Below, piece by piece: positions 11,741-24,474 of a stretch of 64,000 nucleotides of DNA. The notes under the pieces are model-generated. The model was not told the origin of the DNA. It did not search any database and saw nothing but the letters and a program-made list of their open reading frames with translations. The translations under genes and the position numbers were made by a program. How positions within the stretch are numbered: position 1 is the stretch's first letter; the number at the start of each line of letters is the position of its first letter. Source of the DNA: Octopus sinensis (taxonomy: Eukaryota); assembly GCF_006345805.1 (NCBI RefSeq), contig NC_043006.1, positions 97,030,001-97,094,000 of the forward strand. Direction: 5' to 3'.

Positions 11741-13350
11741 ACTTGTTGGTCTGGACTATTACAGTGAGAAGATGTGAGTTTCGGCTCCGTGAATAGAAAA
11801 AAAGAATAAAAAGAAAACTTGTCAATTATGGCACACGAAATATTGTGTTCTTATCACCATAACGGTGAATTGAGAATTTTTGCTTGAAAATTCTTTTTGT
11901 AAATTCTAGTGGGCGTATCTCGCCAGAAAAAGTGGAATTTTTTTCGAACTGGAATACTTCAAGAATAATTGGATTACCTGTTTGGAGTATTATACAAAGA
12001 ATTCCCTGTGTGTGCTATTTGTGAGGTTTTTCTTTTAGTTTTCCCTTCTTCTACCTTTTTGTTTTTCTCTTTCTTTCTAAATTTTGGTTCATTCTTTTCA
12101 TTACTTTAATTTCAGTTTCCTTTCCTCCTCTTTTATTTTGTTTTATTTTTATTCGGTTTAATTTTTTGGCAGACTGTCTTTTGAACTACTTTTGAACTGT
12201 TTTTTAACATGACAGAGAAGAAACTTAAAAAGAAAAACTCTTTCTTAGAGTGGGAAATTAACCCGCCTAAGCAGTGGTTAAAAGATATGGAGGAGAAGAC
12301 GATGGTGCTTAGAACTTATTCTAAAGTTCTTAATTCCATCACCGTCTTCCCAAAACAAGTTATAAAAAATGAACTTAAAGACTATTTGTCCTCTTTAAAT
12401 ATATATCCCGTAGTTTCAAACATGCCACCTCCCCTACCCGGTCAAAGGGAGAGGTGGGTGTGGTCGAGGAGGCTTCAGCCTCCTCAACTCAAAAATGATT
12501 AAAAAGGAAGAAGGCGGGCAACAATAGTTGCCTGTCGAAGGAACCTAAGGCTTCGGGAGGCGGGGAGAGTCTCCGAACAAAGCGGAAGAGCTCCACTCTC
12601 CCGAAGTCAGGAAGAAAAGAAAAAATGAAGGAAGAAGAACAGGTCATCTCAGCGAGGAGATGATGTGCCGTCTGCATGTCCCGAAGTTGTGCCACCCACG
12701 GTGGAAAAAACCACCCCCACCCTTAAAGATGATCAATTAATTATCTTTTTCTATAAGGGTGGGAGGTGGAAAAATAGTAGAAGAACATAAAGAGACAGTA
12801 GATATGCCCTTCACACGGGATCCCGAATGACCTCTGCAGATAGCTGTGGAGGTCATAAGGTTTCCTTTGTGAGAAAGGCTTAAAGGATTTGGGGAGGAGT
12901 GTCGCATATGGCCGGGTAGCCCTTAGACGACTTACGTGTCCTACATGAGTGAGGCATGGGAAATGGCGGGATACAGGAACTCAAGCGGCATTGAAGATAA
13001 TGATGAATATATCGATGGATATATCGAAGAGTAGGAGGTGAAAAACCTTCGTTATGGGGTTTGAAACCTCATCTTATTGTATTATTTGTAGTAGTTTATA
13101 ACCTCAATTGTGTGTTTAAAAAAAACATGTCAATAAGAGGTTTTAGTGCCTCCTTCTTGTAAGAGGTTTGAAACCTCATATTGATTTTTTAAAAAAAGAA
13201 AATATGTTTTCGAGAAAAATCCAATCGGCGGGTGTTGGGTTTCGTCTCTCATTTATTCATTCTATTTCATTTTCATTCATTAATGTGTTTGTCCAGCCCG
13301 CGAAGCTCCACACTCTTTGTACTGTCTATGATGACAAATTTTATGAAATA
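11719..13350 (+). mobile_element. Non-autonomous LINE-like insertion with a 13-15 bp TSD (ORF1-like remnant, no RT)
   Basis: TSD at 11704-11718 and 13351-13365; ends TTTATGAAATAAA; T-rich leader, ORF 12209-12502 and K/E-rich broken frames. Confidence 0.75.
12209..12502 (+). pseudogene. Truncated ORF1-like reading frame of the inserted element
   Basis: ATG-initiated non-repetitive 97-aa ORF after a pyrimidine-rich leader; family not recognised. Confidence 0.4.
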
Positions 13351-14057
13351 AAGTAGCTTGCTTACGAAATACATAGTTCCGGGTTCAGTCCCACTGCGTG
13401 GCACATCGGACAAGTGTCTTCTACTGTAGCCTCGGGCCGACCAAAGCCGTCTGAGTGGATTTGGTAGACGGAAACTGAAAGAAGCTCGTCGTATATATGT
13501 GTATATGTTTGTGTGTCTGTGTTTGTGGCCCCCCCCCCCAACATCGCTTGACAACCGATGGTGGTGTGTTTACGTCCCCGTAGCATAGCGGTTCGCCAAA
13601 AGAGGCCGATAGAATAAGTACTAGGCTTACAAAGAATAAGTTCTGGGGTCGATTTGCTCGACTAAAGGCGGTGCTCCAGCATGACCACAGTCAAATGACT
13701 GGAACAGGTAAAGTAGTAAAAAAAAGTATCCTACATAATTCAAAATGTGTTTTAGTCGTTACTGGTCTAAATGAATGTGGCTAAGATTGGATGGTTGAAA
13801 ACTATGGAAGGGAATCAAAGAATTTAATAAGAGGCAGGTCTAATCGATAACGAAATTGACTCACCTAGGTAGAGAAGAAGCAAATTTTCTGTATATAGAA
13901 ACGCAGTGTAAATAAAAAATAAAGCATAATCGTTTTAGTCTTATCTCATTATATAATACATGAATGTATAACTTACTCAAAACATTTAGTGGGGCTATGC
14001 AGTTAAGCGAAATCGACACACACACACACATTTATATATCGTAGCAACGATTATGGT

Positions 14058-14292
14058 AGGCGGCGAGTTGGCTGAGCCGTTAGCACGCCGGGCGAAATGC
14101 GTAGCCGTATTTCATCTGCCGTTACGTTCTGAGTTCAAATTCCGCCGAGGTCGACTTTGCCTTTCATCCTTTCGGGGTCGATTAAATAAGTACCAGTTAC
14201 ACACTGGGGGTCGATGTAATCGACTTAATCCGTTTGTCTGTCCTTGTTTGTCCACTCTGTGTTTAGCCCCTTGAGGGTAATAAAGAAACAGA
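14058..14292 (+). mobile_element. tRNA-derived SINE family D, monomer with tail A
   Basis: Head GGCGGCGAGTTGGC...GAGTTCAAATTCC; central GCCTTTCATCCTTTCGGGGTCGAT..AAGTACC resembling the MetaSINE-type central domain (from recall). Confidence 0.88.
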
Positions 14293-14630
14293 TTATGGTA
14301 GTCTCTTGTAGTCCGAGGAAGACGGTCCTCGCGCAGTTTCTTTCTGAATAAGCTGCACAAATGATTAGTTTAATGTGATCAAATGTTAATACTGTACATT
14401 AGCTCACTCCCACCATCAAATCGACGTTGCCTCAACCGGTGCACGGTGTGCGACACGTCAGGAGTCGAAGTGATAGAGGGCGACGTGGGATGAAGTGTTT
14501 TGATAGAGTACAGCACAACGCACTGCACTAATCGCTCCAATGATTGAAACCAGGTTCTGGCGATCGCGAGCACAACATCCTAACCACTAGGCTATGCGTC
14601 CTCACACACAATAGCAATATAACAATGCTT

Positions 14631-15020
14631 GTGGAGGCGCAATGGCCCAGTGGTTAGGGCAGCGGACTCGCGGTCATAGGATCGCGGTTTCGATTCCCAG
14701 ACCGGGCGTTGTGAGTGTTTATTGAGCGAAAACACCTAAAAGCTCCACGAGGCTCCGGCAGGGTATGGTGGTGATCCCTGCTGTACTCTATCACCACAAC
14801 TTTCTCTCACTCTTACTACCTGTTTCTGTTGTACCTGTATTTCAAAGGGCCGTCCTTGTCACTCTCTGTGTCACGCTGAATATCCCCGAGAACTACGTTA
14901 AGGGTACACGTGTCTGTGGAGTGCTCAGCCACTTACACGTTAATTTCACGAGCAGGCTGTTCCGTTGATTCGGATCAACCGGAACCCTCGTCGTCGTAAC
15001 CGACGGAGTGCTTCCCACAG
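14631..15020 (+). mobile_element. SINE family B (OR1-like), full length
   Basis: Nearly identical to 8943-9331 in the opposite orientation; TSD CAATGCTT at 14623-14630 and 15021-15028. Confidence 0.92.
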
Positions 15021-15663
15021 CAATGCTTAGTTTCTGTGTGTGTTTGCGTGCGCGATGGTGTGTGTGTTAGTGCGGGTGCGTGCATACCTCTGTCTATGTA
15101 TTTCTGAATATGTGTGCAAATATAAGTTTGTTTAATTTTAAGTGTGAGAAAGAAAATCAAAGAAAGTTTTCAAGTGATTTTTAAAAATTTCTTGGTGAAC
15201 AATTATAAAAATAAAAAATTAAATGAGTCATTTCAATTTGATATTTGTACTGTTTTAATTATCATCTGACACTGATTTATATACTATAAAAATGAAAAAA
15301 AAAAACTTTGGTTGACATTGTATATTAAGTAGTTTATATATATATAAATTATATTCGCATAACGCGTTTAAATTACAATGATATTTAATGCTCATTTAAT
15401 ATGGATATTGGGGCAAACCAGACCTGAGTAGTTGACTGTGCAATGAAAAGATGGTTATGATAATCGTATGCCAGATAGGTTCGATGGGAATTTGAGCGCT
15501 TTGGAACGGAACGTAGGAGACTGCATCAAAAGAGGAGGAGACGTTATCATCAAGACCCCGTCGCTGTCGTCTTCTTCTTCTTCTTCCAATCAGGACTCAC
15601 GCCATTAGCCAACAAAGAATAATTTCTAATTCGAGCCTACTCTAAGCTACTAAGAATGCGTGT

Positions 15664-15732
15664 GACAACTTGAAGATCCACCCACCACACGTGATAGACT
15701 GGCGGTTACACGGGCGCGAAAGCTACGTTGTT
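15664..15732 (+). ncRNA. Degenerate hammerhead-like motif, probably from a Penelope-like 3' end
   Basis: Stem I GACAAC/GTTGTT, core TTGAAGA (C3 changed to T), imperfect stem II CCACCC/GGGCGC, GAAAGCTA. Confidence 0.4.
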
Positions 15733-15869
15733 ATTCTCATTCTGTAAACAGTGGATTTTAACGGGTGGAGAGCTGAACCATCTTGGGGTACAGAGGATTC
15801 GCAATCTAGACTAGGGTCTGGAGGTTTACCACACCATAGTGGGTTACACCATGTTTCCTCTGCTTTGTG

Positions 15870-16067
15870 GCAGAAGTAGGAAGAAAGAGTGAGAGAAAGT
15901 TGTGGTAAAAGAGTACAGCAGGATTCACCACCACCCGCCGCCGGAGCCTCGTGGAGCTTAGGTGTTTTTGCTCAATAAACACTCAATAAACACTCACTAT
16001 GCCCGGTCTGGGAATCGAAACCGCGTTCTTACGACCGCGAGTCCGCTGCCCTAACCACTGGGCTATT
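15870..16067 (-). mobile_element. SINE family B/C shared 5' half
   Basis: Matches the head and first ~190 bp of families B and C. Confidence 0.85.
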
Positions 16068-16389
16068 GTCGCTGTTGCTGAGAGTCACTTTGAGTGCCTT
16101 CAGTGACACAGGATTTTTTAATTTTGTATTGATTTTTCTCAGCTACGTCAGCTCCCGAGGGAAACAATGTACTGGAGGGGGAAGAGGGTGAATGTCTTAG
16201 ATCGATGCAGTCATCACTTTTGATGTACTGTTATAAGCAACGTAAGCATGTCAGACAGGGAACTGTCCGCTTAGAGAAGTGAAGTGTAACGGTTAAAGCC
16301 TGAAAACTGAAAAGTGGTTATTGGTACAATTTTTTTTTATAGAAGACTACCACTCGAGGAAAGTCCTAATCAATTTAGTGTTATAAATT

Positions 16390-16855
16390 AAAGGCAAAGT
16401 CGACCTCGGCGGAATTTGAACTCAGAACGTAACGGCAGACGGAGTACCTATTTCTTTACAAGGGGCTAAACACAGAGGAGACAAACAAGGACAGACAAAC
16501 GGATTAGGTCGATTATATCGACCCCAGTGCGTAACTGGTACTTATTCAATCGACCCCAAAAGGATGAAAGGCAAGGTCGACCTCGGCGGAATTTGAACAC
16601 AGAACCTAGCGGCAGACGGAGTACCTATTTCTTTACTACCCACAAGGGGTTAAACACAGAGAGGACAAACAAAGACAGACAAACGTATTAAGTCGATTAC
16701 ATCGACCCCATTGCGTAACTGGTACTTATTTAATCGACCCCGAGAGGATGAAAGGCAAGGTCTACCTCGGAGGAATTTGAACTCAGAACGAAGCGGCAGA
16801 CGGAATACCGGTAAGCATTTCGCCCGGCGTGCTAACGGTTCCGCCAGCTCGCCGT
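16390..16855 (-). mobile_element. SINE family D multimer (head plus about 2.5 tandem units)
   Basis: CCTCGG(C/A)GGAATTTGAAC occurs three times, about 180 bp apart. Confidence 0.88.
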
Positions 16856-17292
16856 CTTCGGTAAATTACAGCATAACAGGATCAATGTTTGGCTTCGTTT
16901 GACAGGCGCTGAGTTGCACTTACAGCGGAAACATGGCAATCATGTATATCCGGATTTAATCAGCCGGGGACATTGGTGCAACCCTCTCACCCCATCCCCA
17001 CGATCACATCCTGAATGTGCAGCTAAGTTATTTGCGGCGGGGACGAGAGGGTTCTACGTCAGCTCGCGAAAAAATAGGTCCTAATACAATTAGTAAAGAA
17101 AAAATCAGAGGAGTAAAAGCAAAGACCTTAATCTTTTATCAGAACTTCCCATACTGGTTGAAAAAGGAGACTAAGCTATTCTAAAATCAGATTTCAAGAG
17201 TGAATATTTGCACGAGAGTAAATGCTCCTAAAGTCACCCCAACGGCCAGGTGATGAGGGTGCTAAGCTGGTCGACATATTACATTTAACACA

Positions 17293-17344
<52 letters not shown>

Positions 17345-17567
17345 ACATAGACATACTCAAAGGGGTACTTTCCTTCGTATTTTTACAGATATTCTTTTTA
17401 TAAAGTTTTGCGACACTTTGATTGAGCCTATAGTTGAAAAGATGCATGCTCAAAGTACCGTACAGCAATATTAAGCGAAAAATGGACAGGTTAGAATTGA
17501 ATCGAAACACGCTCTAGAAACAACATAAGATTAAAATATCGGGATCCATAACCTTTATAATGCTTGG

Positions 17568-17743
17568 GTGTAGGCGTGGATGTGTGGTAAAAAGCTTGCT
17601 TCCCAATTTTAGGTTCTGTCTTAGATTCAGTTCCACTGCGCGCCAAGTGTCTTCAACTATAGCCCCAGATCAGCTAAAGCCTAGCGAGTGGATTTGGTAA
17701 GCGGAAACTGAAAGAAGCCTGTTGTATGTGTGTGTGTGTGTGT

Positions 17744-17787
<44 letters not shown>

Positions 17788-17988
17788 TGTGTGTGTGTGT
17801 GTGTGTCTTTCTGTATGTCTCCTACCATAGTCGGACGTTTACTCAACTTAGTAGTTCGGCAAACAGAGAGGATGGAATAAGTAACACAATATGAAAATAA
17901 GTAATGTGGTCGATTTGTTCCACTCAATACTCCAGGGTGACCTCCCAGCACAGCGGTAGTCTAAAGACTGAAACAAGTTAAAGGTAAA
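17568..17988 (+). mobile_element. SINE family A, older diverged copy
   Basis: Head, (TG)n tract and GACTGAAACAAG tail are recognisable. Confidence 0.8.
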
Positions 17989-18229
17989 ATATATACAAAC
18001 GTAATGCTCATCCCTGAAGAGAAAAAAATGAAATCGAAACACTGCGTCGATGGACCGCCGACGATATTTTGAACAAGTTCTTTGATTTGTGGAAAGATTT
18101 TTGTGATGAAATATTACGATTAGCACAATTCTATGTTTGTACATGAATTATGATATAAATGTTAAACTTCGTTATTAGAATTTTGTAAGATTTTATTTTC
18201 TTTTAAGTTCATAACGACGATGTTGACAA

Positions 18230-18855
18230 TACACATGATGAAAACACAAAAATTGATGATGAGGATGAAGCATGATGATGATAATGATGAGGGAGAGAAG
18301 AAAGAGAAGGAGGAGGTGGGCAGAATAATATAGATCAAGGAAAGAAGGGGACGAGGAGGAGAAAAATACGGAGGGGGAGTGGAGGAGGAAATGGGGAGAG
18401 AGGGGAGGAGGACAAGGGGGATTGCAACCACAATGAGGATGATGATGACTGCGAGAACCATAGCAATGACATCGACAACCGCTGACATGAGGATGAGGTG
18501 GAGGAAGATGATGATGTGGAGGATGATGATGAGGAGGAGCGGATGAAGGCGAGGAGGAGGAGGAGAGGAGGAGAAGGGGAGGACAACGACGACGAAGATC
18601 ATGGTGATGATAAGGCGGTGGAGGAGGAGGAGGAGGAGGGAGGTGGTGGTGGTGGAGAAGGTGGTGGAGGAGGAGGTGGTGGAGATGGAGGAGGTGGAAG
18701 AGGATTTTAAAGATGACGATTAAGATGACAATGACAGACATCAATAACGAAGACAACTACGACCACGATGACGATTAGTATATTGCAGTTGTAATTGTTG
18801 ATGTTGTTGTTGATGATGATGGTGATGATGATGATAATGCTGATGATGATGACGC
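18230..18855. repeat. GAT/GGA/GGT trinucleotide low-complexity region
   Basis: Direct inspection. Confidence 0.85.
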
Positions 18856-19129
18856 GCAAGCAATATGTTGTTATTGTTTGGCGGACGCTGTTTCGGTTTG
18901 CTTCCTTCCCGATGTTGTGTAGGAAGTGTCAACATGTTTCACAGCGTCTCGGTAATTGGTCGACAACGGCTCGGCTTCGATGGAACCTGAGACCACGAAG
19001 AGGGAGAGTCAGAGTGGCTGGCTGAAGGTTATCTGATTCCTGGCTGCCATAACTGACAAAAGATGGTTGCTGACAGGATGAGGAACCCGATACTCTGACG
19101 GCAAGGGTATCTCATGTTAGTATTTGCAT

Positions 19130-19346
19130 GAATGTCTACACACACACAAACACACACACATTCACGTACATACACACGTATACACATATTCACTCACATA
19201 CAATTGATAAATTATATATCTACATGTATGGCGATATATGTATATGTATATATACACGCATACACATATATACATACATATTTATATCCATATATCTAAA
19301 AGTATATAAGTATATAGTGTATATGTATATATATATATATATATAA

Positions 19347-19407
<61 letters not shown>

Positions 19408-19623
19408 AGTGTATATGCATGATAGATAGATAAATATGTATATATATGTGCGTGTGTATCTCTATGTGTAGACATACGTGTATATAGAGAAAGGTACAGA
19501 CATCTATTTATATGTATAAGCGTGTATACACACACATACACATATATATATATATACATATATATATCCATACATATAAAATATATATATATATATATAT
19601 GAATGTATGTTGTATATAGCATG

Positions 19624-19655
<32 letters not shown>

Positions 19656-19697
19656 CACGAATACCATGTATAATATATATATATATGTATGTATGCG

Positions 19698-19759
<62 letters not shown>

Positions 19760-19766
19760 ATACATA

Positions 19767-19819
<53 letters not shown>

Positions 19820-20199
19820 TGTATGTTAAGTCTTGGGCCACGAACAAAATGAAGACTGGATGTCGTTAAATTGTTGTTTGAGAAAACAGTGAAAGAAAAC
19901 AAACAATCTAATTGAGTAGCAAATGAAATAGCAGTAATATACAAGAGGAATCGGGGGATATGAGAAAAATGGCGGAGAGAAATAGAAATGGGATTAGTAG
20001 CGGGAGGCGCAGGAAATTTACGTGATATTTTGTAAAGGGTCATTTAATGTGTTATGTATGACAGGGAGGGCGAGAGAGTGAGAGTGAGGGGGAGAGAGGT
20101 TTAGGGAGCGCGGGTTAGGGAGATGAAGAGGGAGAGAGTATATGTATTTGGGTGGTAGAGAAATTGATAGAGAGAATTATGTGTGTGTATATGTATGTG

Positions 20200-20230
<31 letters not shown>

Positions 20231-20274
20231 TTACGTGTATGTGTGTGTGGTGTGTGTATTTCTATGTATGTATA

Positions 20275-20320
<46 letters not shown>

Positions 20321-20576
20321 GTATGTATGTATGTATTTATGTATATGTATATGTTTATAAATATATTTCTGTGTATATATGCGTTTACGTGTGTGTGTCT
20401 GTGTATGTGTGTATTGTGGGTGTGTGCGTGGTTGGTGTGTTGTTGTGTGTGTGTGTGTGTGTGCGTGTGAAATATAACAAAGCAGATTGACATATACATA
20501 ATAAATACAAGATAGACAAAGGGACAGACTGGTTGGCAGATAAATATATATGTATATGTATTTATATCTGTGTGAG

Positions 20577-20640
<64 letters not shown>

Positions 20641-20860
20641 CAGACAGGCAGAGAGAAGGCGGAAGGCGGGAGAAAGAGAGAGAGAGACCGACAAAGAGAC
20701 AGGCAGACAAACAGAAAAAGATAGATAGGTAGATAGGTAGATGTTCAAATGTAAAGATATCCAAAAATCGACAGCAAGAGAGAGAGAAAAAGAGAGAAAG
20801 GAAAGAGAATGAGAGAGAGAGAAAGAGAGAAAGGAAAGAGAATGAGAGAGAGAGAGAGAG
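19130..20860. repeat. Compound TA/TG/TATG/GA microsatellite field
   Basis: Direct inspection; short unique spacers between the tracts. Confidence 0.85.
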
Positions 20861-21209
20861 AACGAACTAGAGGGGGATGGGAGTGAAAGGCAAGATAAAG
20901 AAAGAAAATACGAGAGAGAGGAAGACGTTAACCGCAGGATTCCCAAAGACTAAATTCAGAAATACAAGACACAATAAGAAAAAAGAAATAATGATGGAAA
21001 ATACGAGATGGAAAAAACCAACTCATAGAGAAATGCCTGTAAACAAAATCAAAACGGAAAAAATAACAGCAACCACAACAACAAAAACACGTGTAGGAAG
21101 TAAAGAAGATACAAAATGGTGTCAACAAGAAACATGAGATCTTTGCGTTATTTTTATTTTGGGTTTTGGTTTCTCTTGCATTTTTATTGTTTATATTTCG
21201 TATATGTAT

Positions 21210-21450
21210 TTACTCTTTTACTCTTTTACTTGTTTCAGTCATTTGATTGCGGCCATGCTGGAGCACCGCCTTTTAAGTCGAGCAACTCGACCCCGGAACT
21301 TATTCTTTTTGTAAGCCCAGCACTTATTCTATCGGTCTCTTTTTGTCGAACCGCTAAGTGACGGGGACGTAAACACACCAGCATCGGTTGTCAAACAATG
21401 CAAGGGGGACAAACACAGACACAAACACACAAACACACACACATACACAC

Positions 21451-21495
<45 letters not shown>

Positions 21496-21662
21496 TACGA
21501 CAGGCTTCTTTCAGTTTCCGTCTACCAAATCCACTCACAAGGCATTGGTCGGCCCGGGGCTATAGCAGATGACACTTGCCCAAGATGCCACGCTGTGGGA
21601 CTGAACTCGGAACCATGTGGTTGGTTAGCAAGCTACTTACCACACAGCCACTCCTGCGCCTA
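21210..21662 (-). mobile_element. SINE family A
   Basis: Full-length match. Confidence 0.92.
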
Positions 21663-22158
21663 TGTATTTCTATAGAATTTTTGTCTTTCGTAGGGCATTT
21701 TATTGTTTATTTGTTATATTAGAAAAGATTAGAAGATGTTAAGAGAGATTTTGTGATGTTAGAGGGCGAGTGATGGTGGTGGGGTGTATGTGTGATGGTG
21801 GTGGAGAGGAAGGGTTTCTGTAAAGGGATTAGCTTTTGAATAGTCTCAAACGAATAGTTTTAAAATGAGAAAGTTAACTTGTTGAGGAATTCTATACGGA
21901 TGTTATTTACTTCCGCTTCATATTGGATAGGAAAAAATATTGTTTTTATTTATATTTATATATTTCTCCTATGCTGACCATATGTGCGCGTGCATGTATG
22001 TATGTATGTATGTATGTATGTATGTATGTATGTATGTATGTATGTATGTATGTAGGAATGCATGTATACATGTGTACAAGAGTTTTTTGTAAATATGCCT
22101 GTGTGTGCGCGTGAATGTGTGTAGATAGATAGATAGACAGATAGATAGAAAGATAGAC

Positions 22159-22209
<51 letters not shown>

Positions 22210-22214
22210 AAAAT

Positions 22215-22314
22215 NNNNNNNNNNNNNNNNNNNNNNNNNNNNNNNNNNNNNNNNNNNNNNNNNNNNNNNNNNNNNNNNNNNNNNNNNNNNNNNNNNNNNN
22301 NNNNNNNNNNNNNN
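22215..22314. other. Assembly gap (100 N)
   Basis: Run of N between (GATA)n and a purine-rich/(GAA)n tract. Confidence 0.99.
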
Positions 22315-22366
22315 ATGAGGAAAGGAGAGAGACATAGAAAGACAAACAGGGAGAGACAGATCGAAA

Positions 22367-22398
<32 letters not shown>

Positions 22399-22789
22399 AG
22401 AAGAAAAAGAAGAAAAAGAAGAAGAAGAAGAAGAAGAAGAAGAAGAAGAAGAAGAAGAAGAAGAAGGGATGCAAAGAGGGAGAAAAGTGACGAAGGGAGT
22501 TAAAGATACACAAAAACAGAGGGAACGGAAAAAAATCAGTGAGAAACAAAGAGAAAGAGAGACGGAGAGAGAAAGATCGAAAGAGAGAAGTCAATTAGAG
22601 AAGAATAGGAAAAAGGAGAAGAAGTGGGTTGAGGAAGACGACGATGGTGCAGAGGAAGATGATGATGAAGAATAATAGATATGAATGTTCATGGTCAAGG
22701 AATTAAATGTGAAATGGAACCGAATGCGAGCCACTGGCCAGTGGAGTTTTACTCCTAGGGTTAAAAGCAAAAAGTAACGAAAAAAATAA

Positions 22790-23192
22790 CAGGAGTGGCT
22801 GTGTGGTAAGTAGCTTGTTTACCAACCACATGGTTCCGGGTTCAGTCCCACTGCGTGGCATCTTGGGCTAGTGTCTTCTGCTATAGCCCCGGACCGACCA
22901 ATGCCTTGTGAGTGGATTTGGAAGACGGAAACTGAAAGAAGCCTGTCGTATATATGTATATATATATATATGTGTATGTGTGTGTGTGTGTGTCTGTGTT
23001 TGTCCCCCTAGCATTGCTTGACAACCGATGCTGGTGTGTTTATGTCCCCGTCACTTAGCGGTCCGGCAAAAGAGACCGATAGAATAAGTACTGGGCTTAC
23101 AAAAAGAATAAGTCCCGGGGTCGATTAACTCGACTAAAGGCGGTGCTCCAGCATGGCAGCAGTCAAATGACTGAAACAAGTAAAAGAGTAAA
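22790..23192 (+). mobile_element. SINE family A
   Basis: Near-full-length match. Confidence 0.92.
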
Positions 23193-23327
23193 GAGAGAGA
23201 GTGATCGGTTAGAGAGGGTCTAACGAAGAGACGGGTTAAAAGAGACGAGGAAAACGTTCTTAAACAAATAAGGACTTCAAAAAACGTATTATGAAACATG
23301 AAGTAAAGGGCTACAGTATGTAACATA

Positions 23328-24285
23328 AGCTATACTTTTCTACTCTACGAACAAGACCCCGAAATTTTGCGGGAGGGGACCAGTCGACTAGATAGACCCC
23401 AGTACGCAACTGATACTTAATATATCGGCCTCGAAAGGATGAAAGGCAAAGTCAACCTCGGCGGAATTTGAACTCAGAACATGAAGACAGACGAAATACC
23501 TATTTCTTTACTACCCACAAGGGGCTAAACATAGAGAGGACAAACAAGGACAGACAAACGGATAAAGTCGATTACATCGACCCCAGTGCGTAACTGGTAC
23601 TTAATTTATCGACCCCGAAAGGATGAAAGACAAAGTCGACCTCGGCGGAATTTGAACTCAGAACATGAAGACAGACGAAATACCTATTTCTTTACTGCCC
23701 ACAAGGGGGCTAAACATAGAGAGGACAAACAGGGACAGACAAACGGATAAAGTCGATTACATCGACTCCAGTGCGTAACTGGTACTTAATTTATCGACCC
23801 CGAAAGGATGAAAGACAAAGTCGACCTCGGCGGAATTTGAACTCAGAACATAAAGATAGACGAAATACCTATTTCTTTACTGCCCACAAGGGGCTAAACA
23901 TAGAGAGGACAAACAAGGACAGACAAACGGATAAAGTCGATTACATCGACCCCAGTGCGTAACTGGTACTTAATTTATCGACCCCGAAAGGATAAAAGAC
24001 AAAGTCGACCTCGGCGGAATTTGAACTCAGAACATGAAGACAGACGAAATACCTATTTCTTTACTACCCACAAGGGGCTAAACATAGAGAGGACAAACAA
24101 GGACAGACAAACGGATAAAGTCGATTACATCGACCCCAGTGCGTAACTGGTACTTAATTTATCGACCCCGAAAGGATGAAAGACAAAGTCGACCTCGGCG
24201 GAATTTGAACTCAGAACATAAGGACAGACGAAATACCTCTAAGCATTTCGCCCGGTGTGCTAACGTTTCTGCCAGCTCGCCGCCT
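23328..24285 (-). mobile_element. SINE family D pentamer: head + 4 x (body + tail A) + body + tail B
   Basis: Five bodies at a ~184-bp period; flanking direct repeat TATGTAACATA at 23317-23327 and 24286-24296. Confidence 0.92.
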
Positions 24286-24474
24286 TATGTAACATAGATT
24301 ATAGAGCAATAAACATAGTGGAATGAAGGATTAAGAGAATATATTGAATAACTGAATGAGATCATATACAGAATATCTTATGAATAAAAGGTAATTAGTT
24401 AAATAGGATGAATGAAATAACAAGCAAAGTAGCTAGTCAGACAATCTGTATGAGATGAAAGTATTGTGACTAAA

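Larger units (their letters stand above)
11684..13727 (+). mobile_element. SINE family A split by a 1.63-kb insertion (head 11684-11718, remainder 13351-13727)
   Basis: The SINE sequence resumes exactly after the duplicated target AAGTA(A/G)CTTGCTTAC. Confidence 0.9.

Noticed and set aside
16924-17010. Minus-strand segment between a CAG and a GTAAGT donor
   Set aside because: Stops in all three frames and a weak acceptor
23328-24285. 184-bp tandem array as a hammerhead retrozyme or CRISPR array
   Set aside because: No CTGANGA core on either strand and no unique spacers; the units are SINE-derived
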